A stretch of DNA of 64,000 nt from Cirrosporium novae-zelandiae (lineage: Eukaryota), in assembly GCA_026023565.1 (NCBI GenBank), contig JAPETS010000026.1, positions 186,001 to 250,000 of the forward strand, written 5' to 3'. The translations under genes and the position numbers were made by a program. The notes beneath the pieces were generated by a model, which was given only the letters and a program-made list of their open reading frames with translations, made no database searches and was not told the origin of the DNA. Below, piece after piece: positions 63,176-64,000 of this stretch (within the stretch, counting starts at the first letter, position 1; every line of letters starts with the position of its first letter).

Positions 63176-63937
63176 TCATTGAGGTTTCTCCTTGGGCCGT
63201 TTCCAGATCACCAGGTCTTTACTGCGGAAGCAATCTTCTCCAGCAACGTGCAGTATCATTTCAGCCATCGTAGACCTCATCCATGCGTCTTCTGAGAACC
63301 CTAACCATAAATAAGATACAACGATCGCATATCCTTCGTCAGGCGGTCCTACCTCACGATGGGGTGGTGTAATATTAAGCCAGGTACAGTGAATAAATCT
63401 AATACGGTCAGTACGTGCAAAATACTATTGAAGTATAGAATATAGTACATATCACCAGCGTTTGCTCTCATTGTTATCGTATCTCCGGTATCTTTCTTCC
63501 TACCACATTTATCAATCTCAAAGACTGCATCTTCTTGGAGGTGTACACAGTTAATCGCTACAACACCAGGGACCGCGGCCATCTCTTTCCATCTTTTATC
63601 GCGTCCGAGCTTTCCAGGTTGCTGTCCAAATTTGTACAGCATATAATGGACAATAGCAAAATCTTCATCGGGTTGTGCGGAAAAAAGGATTGCTTTGACA
63701 CTCTGGGACTTGTTAATATAGATCCATAGAGGCAATAGAACAACATACTGAATGTAAAATAATATCTCTTGCATGACTTTTGAAAAATGATACATCATGG
63801 GGCGAAATGCGGCTGGTCGCATTCTTGAGTAAAAGGCATCCATCTTTTTCTAAAGCCTGCACCACGTTTTCTAGATTCGTCTGAAGAGAAAGTTTGTCCC
63901 CGTTGGTTTTAATCACTTCGATCTGTGGTATATCCAT
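63176..63937 (-). CDS. Degenerate PhyH-like dioxygenase-fold protein, 3 exons
   Basis: NVVQALEKDGCLLLKN, AGDIFIH; expected HxD position reads GRD. Confidence 0.6.
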
Positions 63938-64000
63938 CTGGTTGTTGCTCTGATGACATTTTTTTGGTGAAAGCGTGAGACATATTTGGTGGGGCATCTT

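Noticed and set aside
1..64000. Starship captain (DUF3435 tyrosine recombinase), DUF3723, NLR or patatin genes
   Set aside because: No ORF with these signatures seen in the window

Overview
Intron-containing filamentous-ascomycete DNA (short GT-AG introns with CTAAC/CTGAC branch points) with no recognisable core housekeeping gene in 64 kb. The content resembles Starship cargo or an accessory compartment, but no captain tyrosine recombinase is present in the window. From left to right: (1) a disrupted Myb/SANT gene followed by a palindrome-rich segment ending in TTAC (~3023), a candidate element terminus; (2) orphan genes including a 7-TM protein; (3) a ~9.5 kb RIP-damaged block (Est1/SMG6-like, unknown and FunK1 kinase pseudogenes) and a second, non-RIPped Est1-like paralogue; (4) a compact module at 29.9-42.5 kb: MADS-box-like TF, ferric reductase/NOX-like protein, secreted His1 LPMO-like protein, coiled-coil protein, pseudokinase, F-box/LRR, GPI-cupredoxin and SAP-SAP-J-domain protein, three of whose promoter regions share a GGTCCT motif repeated with exact 17-bp spacing; (5) an HMT1-like ABC transporter, F-box and ankyrin genes; (6) a cluster of small transcription-factor-like genes with a second 7-TM gene and inverted repeat arrays. 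Gene models were spliced by eye and family calls come from motif recognition; no database search was run.
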